Assembly: GCA_045430295.1 (NCBI GenBank)
Contig: JAILXX010000005.1
Span: 22,345-86,344 of the forward strand
Direction of reading: 5' to 3'
From: Cellvibrionaceae bacterium
GTDB taxonomy: Bacteria; Pseudomonadota; Gammaproteobacteria; Pseudomonadales; JAILXX01
DNA length: 64,000 bases
The translations under genes and the position numbers were made by a program. Every line of letters starts with the position of its first letter. The first letter of the stretch is position 1. Below, piece after piece: positions 52,235 to 61,895 of the stretch. The notes beneath the pieces were generated by a model. That model was not told the origin of the DNA, ran no database searches, and saw only the letters and a program-made list of their open reading frames with translations.

Positions 52235-54481
52235 GTGAGTAAAGAAAAAATTGCCATTTTAGGGGGCGGTGTTTCCGCCATAACCGCCGCTTTTTATTTG
52301 ACGAGTCAGCCAAATTGGACGGAGAAATATGAAATCACTCTGTATCAACTAGGTTGGCGTATTGGTGGCAAGGGCGCCAGCGGTCGAAATCCGGATATGG
52401 GTGAACGTATTGAAGAGCATGGTTTACATGTTTGGTTTGGTGCTTATGTAAATTCCTTTAAAACCATTCAGGGGATTTACAATAAGTTGAATCGCCCTGC
52501 GGGAACGCCTTTGGCAAAATGGGATGAAGCGTTTCGCCCTCATAGCTATGTCGTACTTGAAGAATTAATTGCCGGTGAGTGGGATACCTGGGGAGTAGAT
52601 TTTCCAGAAATCCCCGGCAATCCTGCCGATGGCAGTTTAGATTTCCACTTCTGGGAAATCGTTCGCCTAGCTTATTATTGGATAAAGAAATTTATCGATG
52701 ATGTGGAAGATTGCTTAGAAGAGAAGGAAGCCCACGCAGAATTAAAAGTTGAAGACGACGATAATGACGAAGGCTTCTTTGCTCACGTATACGATGAAAT
52801 TAAAGAAACGATTGACGATATTAAAGAGGATGTGGAAGAAATCGTTGACGATGTAGAAGATGCTTTGTCTTCCATGAGTCGTAATATCCGGGTGGCTACA
52901 AAACAAATTGGCCACTTCTTGGATAAACGTGCAGAAGATCATGATTTGGTGAATACCAAACATTCCAGTGCATTTGGTTACATTATTCACAAGTTAAAAG
53001 AGTGGCTTGAAGAAGAAGTTGAAGATTTGCTGGAAGAAAATGATGACCTGCGCCGCGCCTATATTTGTGTAGATTTAGGCTTGGCCATGTTAGCGGGTTT
53101 GATTGACGATAAGGTCTACTCTGAAGGTTTTGGTGTTCTTAATAAATACGATTTCCGGGAGTGGCTGGAAAAGAATGGAGCTAATCCTGATTTCTCCGTG
53201 GATTCCGCACCAGTACGAGGTTTTTACGATCTAGTTTTCGCTTACGAAGACGGCGATTTCAGTAAACCCAATGTAGAAGCGGGTGTTGCAGCGCTGGCCA
53301 TGATGCGCATTATGCTCTGTTATACCGGTGGGGTTATGTGGAAAATGCAAGCGGGTATGGGTGATGTTATTTTTGCGCCAGCCTATGAGCTATTAGAACA
53401 GGCTGGGGTGAAATTTGAATACTTCCACAAAGTTGAAGAATTAATTCCTCAGCAGGCTGCCGATGGCAGTTATGAAATTGGTGCCATTGATATCACCCAG
53501 CAAGTGAAGTTGAAGAATGGGGAATACAATCCCCTGGTGCCTGTGAAAGGTTTGCCTTGCTGGCCTTCGATTCCTAACTATCAATATATTGATGATGTAC
53601 AAGCGCAACTGCTGCAACAAAACAATATTAATTTGGAGTCGAACTGGTCAAATTGGCCAGAGGTCTATGAAGAGCATTACGGTGAGCCGTTACCGAAAAT
53701 CACGCTGAAAAAAGGTGTGGACTTCGACAAGGTTGTTTTCGGTATCTCCATTGCCTCATTGCCACACCTTTGCCCGCAGCTGCTGGTGTTGGACGATAAA
53801 TTGAAAATCTGCAGTGAGGAAGTGAAAGCCGTTGCCACTCAGGCATTTCAGTTGTGGCTAGATAAGCCGTTAGCGGATTTGGGCTGGGATCATACGCCGG
53901 AGAGTGGTGAGGAGCCGATTCTTAGTGCCTTTAGTGAGCCCTATGATACCTGGGCATCCATGGATCAGTTGATTTGTCGTGAGGTTTGGCCGCCAGAGCA
54001 TGAGCCCAAAAATGTGGCTTATTTTTGCGGTGCTTTCACTATTTCAGATTATCCACCGTTTGATGATCACGGGTTTCCTGCCGCTTGTAATCAAACCGCT
54101 AAGGCCGGTGCGCTGGGTAAATTGATCGATCAGCTCTATCCTCTGTGGCCGAAAGTGGCGCAAGAAGGAGAGTTTGATTGGACCTGTTTGATGGACCCTG
54201 AAAATCGAGAGGGGGCAGAGCGCTTCGACAGCCAGTACTGGCGTGCCAATGTAGACCCTTCCGAGCGCTACGTAATGTCCCTAAAGGGCACGAGTCAGTA
54301 CCGTTTAAAGACAGATGAGACCATCTTTAATAATCTCTACATCACAGGAGATTGGCTGAGTACAGGGGTGAACGCAGGGTGTGTAGAGGCTGCGGTGATG
54401 GCAGGAATGCAGACATCTCGCGCAATCTGTGGCGTGCCGGCAGAAATCAACGGAGAAAATGGCTTTTTGCCTGACGATTAG
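52235..54481 (+). CDS. FAD/NAD(P)-binding oxidoreductase, CrtP/amine-oxidase-like superfamily, function unknown
   Basis: KIAILGGGVSAITAAF, IGGKGAS, EHGLHVWFGAY, NLYITGDW, CVEAAVMAG. Confidence 0.85.
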   Translation: MSKEKIAILGGGVSAITAAFYLTSQPNWTEKYEITLYQLGWRIGGKGASGRNPDMGERIEEHGLHVWFGAYVNSFKTIQGIYNKLNRPAGTPLAKWDEAFRPHSYVVLEELIAGEWDTWGVDFPEIPGNPADGSLDFHFWEIVRLAYYWIKKFIDDVEDCLEEKEAHAELKVEDDDNDEGFFAHVYDEIKETIDDIKEDVEEIVDDVEDALSSMSRNIRVATKQIGHFLDKRAEDHDLVNTKHSSAFGYIIHKLKEWLEEEVEDLLEENDDLRRAYICVDLGLAMLAGLIDDKVYSEGFGVLNKYDFREWLEKNGANPDFSVDSAPVRGFYDLVFAYEDGDFSKPNVEAGVAALAMMRIMLCYTGGVMWKMQAGMGDVIFAPAYELLEQAGVKFEYFHKVEELIPQQAADGSYEIGAIDITQQVKLKNGEYNPLVPVKGLPCWPSIPNYQYIDDVQAQLLQQNNINLESNWSNWPEVYEEHYGEPLPKITLKKGVDFDKVVFGISIASLPHLCPQLLVLDDKLKICSEEVKAVATQAFQLWLDKPLADLGWDHTPESGEEPILSAFSEPYDTWASMDQLICREVWPPEHEPKNVAYFCGAFTISDYPPFDDHGFPAACNQTAKAGALGKLIDQLYPLWPKVAQEGEFDWTCLMDPENREGAERFDSQYWRANVDPSERYVMSLKGTSQYRLKTDETIFNNLYITGDWLSTGVNAGCVEAAVMAGMQTSRAICGVPAEINGENGFLPDD

Positions 54482-54693
54482 TTCGCCCTCTGGTGACTCA
54501 TGCCTAAGCAAGCATTGATCGTAGGTTGTAGGATCATCGTGTAACTTTATACGTGACTTTGCTGTTCACCTACCGTTGAGCTTGCCCCAGGCAGCCAAAT
54601 CCGTAAACTTGACATCTTAATCATCATTTTTTTGCTGGTTTCGAGCTATAAATATTATCGATACCAAAGTCGTGTTGGGGATTTGGTTGCGAG

Positions 54694-54790
54694 GGATCGC
54701 TGTACAGATCATGCAGGTACTCTGATTACTGTTCTGATTGTGTGAGCAGGCTGCATGAGTAAAAGTACACCACAATAAAAAAGGCGATCC
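54694..54790 (+). promoter_or_regulatory. Structured leader pairing with the RBS region of the TonB-dependent receptor
   Basis: ggatcgc/gcgatcc, tgtac/gtaca and tcatgcag/ctgcatga nested helices ending 5 nt before the ATG. Confidence 0.55.
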
Positions 54791-54795
54791 GCATT

Positions 54796-57057
54796 ATGTG
54801 TCACTCTGGGAAGTTTACGAAGGCTGCTTTGCCGTCAGCGATTCTGTTAGCGCTGTGGGGTTCTGCAAGCTTGGCTGCAGAAAGTCAGCCGAAGATCATT
54901 GAAACCATCGAAGTACATGCTCAGAAAAGGGCGCAAAGTACTTATGATGTGCCTATTGCTATTACCGTTGTCTCTGGAGATCTGCTGCAGGCTTTCCAGT
55001 TGAAAGATACCACCGCTTTAGGTGGCGTTACCCCCAATCTAAAAATCACTCAGAACACCGCTGAGGGCACCTCTCCAGCGGTAAATATTCGTGGAGTGGG
55101 TTTGCTGGATTACAACACTGCCAATACATCGCCAATTTCTTTTTATGTGGATGATGTCACCACGGGCTCAGCGAACAACCAAATCATTAACCTGTTCGAT
55201 ATCGAGCAAGTTGAGGTTTTAAAAGGCCCTCAAGGAACCTTGTTTGGCCGAAACAGTACTGGCGGTGCTTTGATTATTCAGTCCAAGATGCCAGAGGATA
55301 ATCTTGGCGGCTATGTTCGATTGGGGGCAGGAAATAACGAACGTGAAAAAGTAGAAGGCGCGTTAAATCTTCCGTTATCGGACAGTACGGCTATGCGTTT
55401 TGCTTTTAGCCGGAACGACTACGAATACTCCACCAATAATCTCTATGCTCCTTCTCCGGCTGCCGGTTTAACACAAGATAATTACCGTTTGATTGTGACC
55501 AGTGAGCTAGATGATTTGGATGTAACTTTCAAACTACACCATGAGGACTGGGAGGGTATTGTCATGCCGGTGGGAAGTATTGGCATTATAGCGAACCCAC
55601 TGACAGGTGAGTTGTGCCCTCCTTCTGCAGCCGGCTCTACCAGCTGCTACGACGCTTTTGGTTTTAATGATGGCTCCAATGATTTCCACGATGTGATGGT
55701 GAATAATGACACGCCTCACGAAACAGATGGGCTTGGCGGCAGTTTAAAGTTAGATTGGCAGCTTAAGGATGACTTACAGCTAGTTTCGGTAACGTCGATT
55801 AATACCCTTGATCGCTATCACGGCTTTAACTGCGATGGCAGCCCAGCCAACTTGTGTGAAGGGTATCTGGGCCTTGAAAATGAAGTTTTCACCCAAGAGC
55901 TGCGCTTGCACCAAACGTTGGGAGATCACCATCTTACGGCGGGTATTTATTACACCGACGAGGATATCGAGCAAGATAATGGCAATGATATTTTGCGGGA
56001 TCTTTGGGGAACCCCTTTGTGGAGCGTAGGGTCAGCTAACTTCTTATACGATAATGAGCTAACCATTAAGGCGCTGGCCGTTTTCGCGCAATTAGATTAT
56101 GCAGTGAGTGCTGATACCACGGTAACAGTGGGTTTGCGTTACACCGATGAAGCGACCGATTACCACTCAGTTTCTCATTTAGAAGTACCGTTAAGTGAGG
56201 CTGACTTAGTGGGTATTGTGATTCCTAATTTTGATGTTTCAGGTACTCAGGATGATGAAGAGTTTTCTGGAAAGCTCGCCATTAATCACAAGTACAGCGA
56301 TAGTCATTCTGTGTACGCCAGTATTAATCGTGGCTTTAAAGCGGGTGGCTATAATGCAGGTTTTCTGACCAATGAAGCTCAGGCTCTGGTATCCGACTAC
56401 GGGCCAGAAAAGCTAACGGCCTATGAAGTGGGTAGTAAACTGGCATTGCTCGATCAGCGTATGATGCTGAGCCTTTCAGCGTTCTATTACGATTATGGAG
56501 ATCAGCAGGTATTTATCAATCAGGCGGCTGCTACGCCTGGTGCGCCACCCATGCAGTTACTAGAAAACGTGGGGGAGTCAACGGTATATGGTGCGGAGGT
56601 AGAGGTGCTATATCGGCCTACTGCCGCGTTAAAAATGCAGTTGGGTGTGGGTTATTTGCCAGAGGCTAATTTTGATGAATTTGTTGACCCTCTAGGAAAT
56701 GTACTGACGGATAACCGTCTGCCCTTTACCTCAGAATGGAATGTTGGGGGATTGGTGAATTATCACGTAGAATTTGGCGGTGCTAGTGTAGTAGCGCAGC
56801 TGAGTTTTGATTATCAGTCTGAATTTTATTTTGACCAGAACGAAAGCCCCTATGCAAAGCAAGATGCTTATACCCTATGGGATGCAAATGTTAGCTATTC
56901 ACGGGATAGTTGGCAGCTGTCGTTGTGGGGGAAAAACCTTACCGATGAAGAGTATAGCCACCTAAAATTTGATCTTTCCAGCTTCCTGGGAATGGTAGAA
57001 GACTTTAAGGGTGAGGGGCGTCTTTATGGCTTGGAATTCACATACACCTTTCGTTAA
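54796..57057 (+). CDS. TonB-dependent receptor
   Basis: Signal peptide, TonB box IETIEVHAQKR, plug motif VEVLKGPQGTLFGRNSTGG, RGFKAGGYN, C-terminal RLYGLEFTYTF. Confidence 0.95.
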   Translation: MCHSGKFTKAALPSAILLALWGSASLAAESQPKIIETIEVHAQKRAQSTYDVPIAITVVSGDLLQAFQLKDTTALGGVTPNLKITQNTAEGTSPAVNIRGVGLLDYNTANTSPISFYVDDVTTGSANNQIINLFDIEQVEVLKGPQGTLFGRNSTGGALIIQSKMPEDNLGGYVRLGAGNNEREKVEGALNLPLSDSTAMRFAFSRNDYEYSTNNLYAPSPAAGLTQDNYRLIVTSELDDLDVTFKLHHEDWEGIVMPVGSIGIIANPLTGELCPPSAAGSTSCYDAFGFNDGSNDFHDVMVNNDTPHETDGLGGSLKLDWQLKDDLQLVSVTSINTLDRYHGFNCDGSPANLCEGYLGLENEVFTQELRLHQTLGDHHLTAGIYYTDEDIEQDNGNDILRDLWGTPLWSVGSANFLYDNELTIKALAVFAQLDYAVSADTTVTVGLRYTDEATDYHSVSHLEVPLSEADLVGIVIPNFDVSGTQDDEEFSGKLAINHKYSDSHSVYASINRGFKAGGYNAGFLTNEAQALVSDYGPEKLTAYEVGSKLALLDQRMMLSLSAFYYDYGDQQVFINQAAATPGAPPMQLLENVGESTVYGAEVEVLYRPTAALKMQLGVGYLPEANFDEFVDPLGNVLTDNRLPFTSEWNVGGLVNYHVEFGGASVVAQLSFDYQSEFYFDQNESPYAKQDAYTLWDANVSYSRDSWQLSLWGKNLTDEEYSHLKFDLSSFLGMVEDFKGEGRLYGLEFTYTFR

Positions 57058-57133
57058 ATCTTGAGCTAAGTGGGGGTGGTTAAATGCATGTAGCCCATGT
57101 AACCGCCCCTTAAGTAAATAACAGGAACACGTA

Positions 57134-60100
57134 GTGAGAATAAATACAGTGCCGAAGATGGAGTGCAATGCTTTTTTGCAGGTGCTGTCACTACTCTTAC
57201 TTTTATGGATTACCCCTGCTTGGGGAGATTCCTCACAAAAGGATATCCCCCTGGTTTTAGGGGAAAAGTCCTTTAATCAAGATATTATGGGACGGGCTCA
57301 GTTTTACCGCGCCCATTCGGATAGTTTTCCAATAGATTATTCTGATGTAGAGTCTTGGATAAATAACCGTGATGAGCCAGTAGAAGGTATCAATAGCTTT
57401 GATTACTTTGGTGATGCTTTCTGGATGGTATTAAGGCTAAAGAATAGATCTGATTATCAACGTTTCGTTATCCATCCCTATAGCTCCGTTATCGAGCATA
57501 TGGAGTTTCGCTTCTATTCTTCTGTAGATATGCAGTCGATTATAACGGGCGCAAAGTATCCAACGGTATATGATTTTCACTATGGTGATACTGTTGAGTT
57601 GGTGAAAGGTGGTGAATATTATTTAGTTTCTCTTATTAAGAGTGATTATTTTTATGCGCCGTTAAAGCTACAAATTAAGCCAGAGACGTTATTCAAACAG
57701 GATATCACCATCGAGAATATGGTGATGATGCTCTGTTTTGGTATTGGGCTTGCTCTTGCGATTTATAATTTCTTTCTTTTTCTTGGTTCCCGTACAGTTT
57801 CACACCTTTACTATTCCATGTTCGTTCTGTCATGGATGTTTGCCTGGTCCCACTTTTTCCATATGCCCATGACGTTGTTTGGGGTGTATGCAAAAGAATT
57901 GCACTGGCCGGGTTTCTTATTGTGCATGTTCACCAATATTATTTTTTACAACCGCTTTCTGCATTTGCCAACGGTTGAACCAAGGCTGTCGAAAGTATCT
58001 ATGGGTTTAGCTTATTTAGGGTTGTGTAGTATTCCCTTGGTGATGGAGAATGCTGGGTTTGGGCTGTTATATGTTTCAGCGGTTACCGCGGTGGCATTCG
58101 TGCTGGCTCTTTATATTGGAATTAACTCTTGGAAGAAGGGGTTTAAGCCCGCCAAATATTTTGTTTTAGCTTATTTGGCAATGGCGCTTCCTAACTTTTT
58201 TCTTGGGCTGACAAATCTAGGGCTGGCTCCCCATGTGAATGTGAGTTTGTATTTATTGGGCCTAATCGGAATTACGCTTGATGCTCTTTTGTTGGCTTTT
58301 GCGCTGGCATTTCAAATTCGTATTTTGTATGAAAAAAACCGTGATATGGCGGTTAACTTGGAGTCAAAAGTTGATCAGCGTACGCAGGAGTTGTCTCTAG
58401 CAAATGATGGTTTAAAGTTGATGGCCTCGGAGCTTAAAGAGGCTAATCGAGCAAAAGACCGTTTCTTTGCCAATATGAGCCATGAGATTCGTACGCCGCT
58501 TACTTCAATTATCGGGTATGCAGATAGCTTATTGAGTAATGAAACTCCGGAAGAACAAAGAAATAAAGCCATAAACAGTATTAGTGGTAGTGGCCGCTAT
58601 CTGCTTCAGTTGATTAACGACATTCTTGATCTTTCAAAAATGGAAGAAGGGCAGTTAGATATAGAATCTATGGATGTCTGTCTACCTGATTTGTTGAGAG
58701 ATGTTACGACTATTGTTTCCCATAAAGCCGAGAAAAAAGACATCAAGTTTCACTTGGATGTGCAATACCCCATTGTTGATCGAGTGTTAACTGACCCTAC
58801 GCGCCTTAAACAAATTCTTATTAATTTGTGTAGTAATGCGGTGAAGTTTACCGAAAAAGGCTCTGTAAGCGTGGTGGTTATCCATACTCAAGATTGCTTG
58901 AGTATTGAAGTAAAAGACTCTGGAATTGGTATGAGTGACGCTCAACAGGCGAATTTGTTTAAGCCTTTTGTGCAAGCTGACGCCAGTATTTCTCGGCGCT
59001 TTGGTGGTACGGGACTTGGTTTGTACTTATCTCAGCTATTGGCTAAAAAATTAGGCGGAGAGATATCTGTTAAAAGCGTTGAAGGGGTTGGTAGTAGCTT
59101 CGCTCTCAGTATATATGCTCCTATGGCAGAAAGTTTCAGTGAATTAAGAGATGATGAAGCCTTTAAGCGTGCAAGTTGTAGTGCTAAACCTGCGGCCGCC
59201 TCTAGTGCGGGTAAGTTGTATGGAGATGTTTTGTTGGCGGAAGATCACCCAGAGAATAATGAATTAATTTCTTTAATATTGAGAAGCTCTGGCTTGAATG
59301 TTGTTTCTGTTTTTAATGGTAAAGAAGCTATTAGGGAAACGGAAAAGAAAAAATTCGATATTATTTTGATGGACGTGCAGATGCCTTTGGTGGATGGCGT
59401 TCAGGCGACGAAAGAAATTAGAGCTACAGATAAGAGCACACCAATCATTGCGCTTACGGCTAACGTGATGAAGCACGAGGTAGAAGAATATCTAACACAA
59501 GGTTTCGATGATCACTTGGCTAAGCCTATTGATAGGAATGTATTCTTTGAACGAATTGGATATTATTTGTCTGCAGAGAGTAAGTCTGCTGCTTCAGTTT
59601 CTGAAGTAGAGGGTAATTCGTTGGCTCAGCTACAGAAGTGTTGGAAGCAATTACGAGAGGGGATCCGTGCCGCAGATAAGAATTATTGTGGACGATTGGT
59701 TTCCGAAATTCATGCCATAGCCGAGCATTTAGGTTTTTCTCGTTTATCATCGGTGTCTGGGCAGTTTTTGAAAGATAAAGAAGTTGATTTTGATAAAATC
59801 TCTCAACTTCAAGAGCTGCTCGCTTGTTATTTTGAACTTACGGGTGTGGACTTTGATCAGTCTTCAATGGCCGGTTATGTCGAAACGATTCATGACTCCT
59901 TGGTCTCTTATACAGACAAAAACAAAGATGTTAAAGAACTGATCCATGAAGGAATGACGCCACGTCACTTCCCTTTGGTTGTCGACATCTTAAATTCTAT
60001 TAAAAGCTTCTCTGGTAATCTTGGGGCTGTTAAGTTGCGAGATTGCTGTCTAGAGTTAGAGCGTCTGCTTCATGGGAATGGAAGCTCTCCTGAGGTTGTA

Positions 60101-60196
60101 GACGAGGCAGTGTTGAAGTTTCATCGTTGCTTTGAAGAACTCAATCAGTCCGCAATAAAGTTAAAGCGTTGTTTAAAAGGCTTAGGTCTTAATTAA
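57134..60196 (+). CDS. Hybrid histidine kinase: 7TM-DISM + HisKA + HATPase + REC + degenerate Hpt-like domains
   Basis: Seven TM helices, FFANMSHEIRTPL, NLCSNAVKFT, GGTGLGL, LMDVQMP, ALTAN. Confidence 0.9.
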   Translation: MRINTVPKMECNAFLQVLSLLLLLWITPAWGDSSQKDIPLVLGEKSFNQDIMGRAQFYRAHSDSFPIDYSDVESWINNRDEPVEGINSFDYFGDAFWMVLRLKNRSDYQRFVIHPYSSVIEHMEFRFYSSVDMQSIITGAKYPTVYDFHYGDTVELVKGGEYYLVSLIKSDYFYAPLKLQIKPETLFKQDITIENMVMMLCFGIGLALAIYNFFLFLGSRTVSHLYYSMFVLSWMFAWSHFFHMPMTLFGVYAKELHWPGFLLCMFTNIIFYNRFLHLPTVEPRLSKVSMGLAYLGLCSIPLVMENAGFGLLYVSAVTAVAFVLALYIGINSWKKGFKPAKYFVLAYLAMALPNFFLGLTNLGLAPHVNVSLYLLGLIGITLDALLLAFALAFQIRILYEKNRDMAVNLESKVDQRTQELSLANDGLKLMASELKEANRAKDRFFANMSHEIRTPLTSIIGYADSLLSNETPEEQRNKAINSISGSGRYLLQLINDILDLSKMEEGQLDIESMDVCLPDLLRDVTTIVSHKAEKKDIKFHLDVQYPIVDRVLTDPTRLKQILINLCSNAVKFTEKGSVSVVVIHTQDCLSIEVKDSGIGMSDAQQANLFKPFVQADASISRRFGGTGLGLYLSQLLAKKLGGEISVKSVEGVGSSFALSIYAPMAESFSELRDDEAFKRASCSAKPAAASSAGKLYGDVLLAEDHPENNELISLILRSSGLNVVSVFNGKEAIRETEKKKFDIILMDVQMPLVDGVQATKEIRATDKSTPIIALTANVMKHEVEEYLTQGFDDHLAKPIDRNVFFERIGYYLSAESKSAASVSEVEGNSLAQLQKCWKQLREGIRAADKNYCGRLVSEIHAIAEHLGFSRLSSVSGQFLKDKEVDFDKISQLQELLACYFELTGVDFDQSSMAGYVETIHDSLVSYTDKNKDVKELIHEGMTPRHFPLVVDILNSIKSFSGNLGAVKLRDCCLELERLLHGNGSSPEVVDEAVLKFHRCFEELNQSAIKLKRCLKGLGLN

Positions 60197-60215
60197 GTCT
60201 GTATTTTGTAATGCT

Positions 60216-61814
60216 TTAGTTAGTGTCTTCTATGGCTTTAGAAGAGGTTAGGTTGATTTTTTCACTGTGGTCTGTCGTTAAATCATTTAAAAGATCATTC
60301 GCTTGTAAAAGTTGTTCTATATAGCGGCGGCTTAGGCTGGCTATTTGTAGCGCAGCATCCACGCTTTGCATTTGTAACTTATCCATAATGACAGCCTGCA
60401 GGAGCTCCCGTTTAAGTTTTCTGTAATTAACAAGTTGTTTTTCCCAGGTCTCTTTTTGATAACTTTTATCCATATGCGGTAAATTTTTAGAAAATTTACT
60501 GATGCCTTTCAGCCATACACTAATTTTTGAAACAATTTCTGTATTGTTTTTTTGCAATAAATCGATTTGCTCTGAAATTTGTGTGACTATCTGTCGGCTA
60601 TTCTGTAAGTGGTGGTTGATTGCCAAGCTTATGGTAAGCTGATTGCCGTGTTCCTGGGTTAAAGTCCCTTCTGTTGCTTTGGCGATAAACTTGTCGATAT
60701 TGTCCATCGCTAGCACCCGTTTTGTTTTATTTTGTGGTACAAACTTTCCGGTAATAATTTTGTGTAATTTTTGGCGGCATATTTTATTGAAGACCCACTG
60801 GGTTTCTTTAGTGAGGGCCCGAATTGCAAGATCAGGAATGGTGGCTATATTGTGATCTAAATAAGATTCGCTAGGTGGTGATTGAGATTTGTAGTTGCGC
60901 AAGAGAAATAGCGACATGCGTGGTTCGATGGGGATCATCAAGAAAACACCCAAGAGATTGAATAGGGTGTGAAAGATCGCTAAATACAAGGTTGGATTAC
61001 TGGCGGCTTCACTTCCAAATTCCATGCTTATGCTTGTAAAAAAGGGTAGGAATATCAGAGCGACAACAGCGGTAATGATATTGAAAATGACATGAGCCAG
61101 AGCAAGTCTTCTGGCGTTAGGGGTGGCTCCTAGTGCTGCAAAGATGGCTGTTGATGTGGTTCCAACGTTGGCACCAATAACCGCGGCTGCTGCAATTTCT
61201 AGATCGGTAACGCCACTAGCAAAAGCAGTGAGTATAAGGGCTATTGCGGCACTAGAGGATTGAGTAAGTACGGTCATGATACAGCCAACCGCAACGCCAA
61301 CTAAGATTGACCCACTGTAAGCATCATTGAAGCCTGCAGCGAATACGGAAAAGTTTTCTTTTAATGCGTCTATTCCCATAAACAGCAGGCCGAAGCCTGC
61401 TAGAGCCATACCAAATGCGCGTACACGCTCGCTGGTGGCAAAAACGCGCATGAATGCCCCTAGGCCTAGTAGAGGGAATGTAAAGGCTGCAATTTTAACG
61501 TTGAATCCAAAGAAGGTAATTAGCCATGCGGTTAAGGTAGTGCCGACGTTGCTACCAAAAATAACCCAAATACATTGGCGGAAAGTCATTAAGCTAGCGT
61601 TAACAAATCCAATGGCGGCTATGGTGACGGCGCTAGATGATTGAACTAAGGCGGTAATGATAACCCCCGATGTAAATCCCTTGAGTCGATTTTTCGTCCA
61701 GTGGCCGAGCAAATTTTCCAGAGCTTGTCCGCCGGCCAGCTTTAACCCCTCGGTCATTAACCACATCCCGAGTAGGAACAAACCTAAGGCGCCAAATAAA
61801 TTAATCAGTAACAA
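60216..61814 (-). CDS. Na/Pi cotransporter family protein
   Basis: Two QSSS repeats (LVQSSSA, LTQSSSA) with GSNVGTT / GANVGTT. Confidence 0.93.
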   Translation of the reverse strand: MLLINLFGALGLFLLGMWLMTEGLKLAGGQALENLLGHWTKNRLKGFTSGVIITALVQSSSAVTIAAIGFVNASLMTFRQCIWVIFGSNVGTTLTAWLITFFGFNVKIAAFTFPLLGLGAFMRVFATSERVRAFGMALAGFGLLFMGIDALKENFSVFAAGFNDAYSGSILVGVAVGCIMTVLTQSSSAAIALILTAFASGVTDLEIAAAAVIGANVGTTSTAIFAALGATPNARRLALAHVIFNIITAVVALIFLPFFTSISMEFGSEAASNPTLYLAIFHTLFNLLGVFLMIPIEPRMSLFLLRNYKSQSPPSESYLDHNIATIPDLAIRALTKETQWVFNKICRQKLHKIITGKFVPQNKTKRVLAMDNIDKFIAKATEGTLTQEHGNQLTISLAINHHLQNSRQIVTQISEQIDLLQKNNTEIVSKISVWLKGISKFSKNLPHMDKSYQKETWEKQLVNYRKLKRELLQAVIMDKLQMQSVDAALQIASLSRRYIEQLLQANDLLNDLTTDHSEKINLTSSKAIEDTN

Positions 61815-61895
61815 GTTATTATCCGCCCGTATTTGAATCAGTTGTCTGTAAAGTGAATTTTTCCATAGGCAAATATAAGTAAATGAACCTCATGA

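Noticed and set aside
52235-54481. Calling this gene a phytoene or zeta-carotene desaturase
   Set aside because: Only generic flavoprotein motifs are shared; no phytoene synthase or other crt/hpn genes in the window
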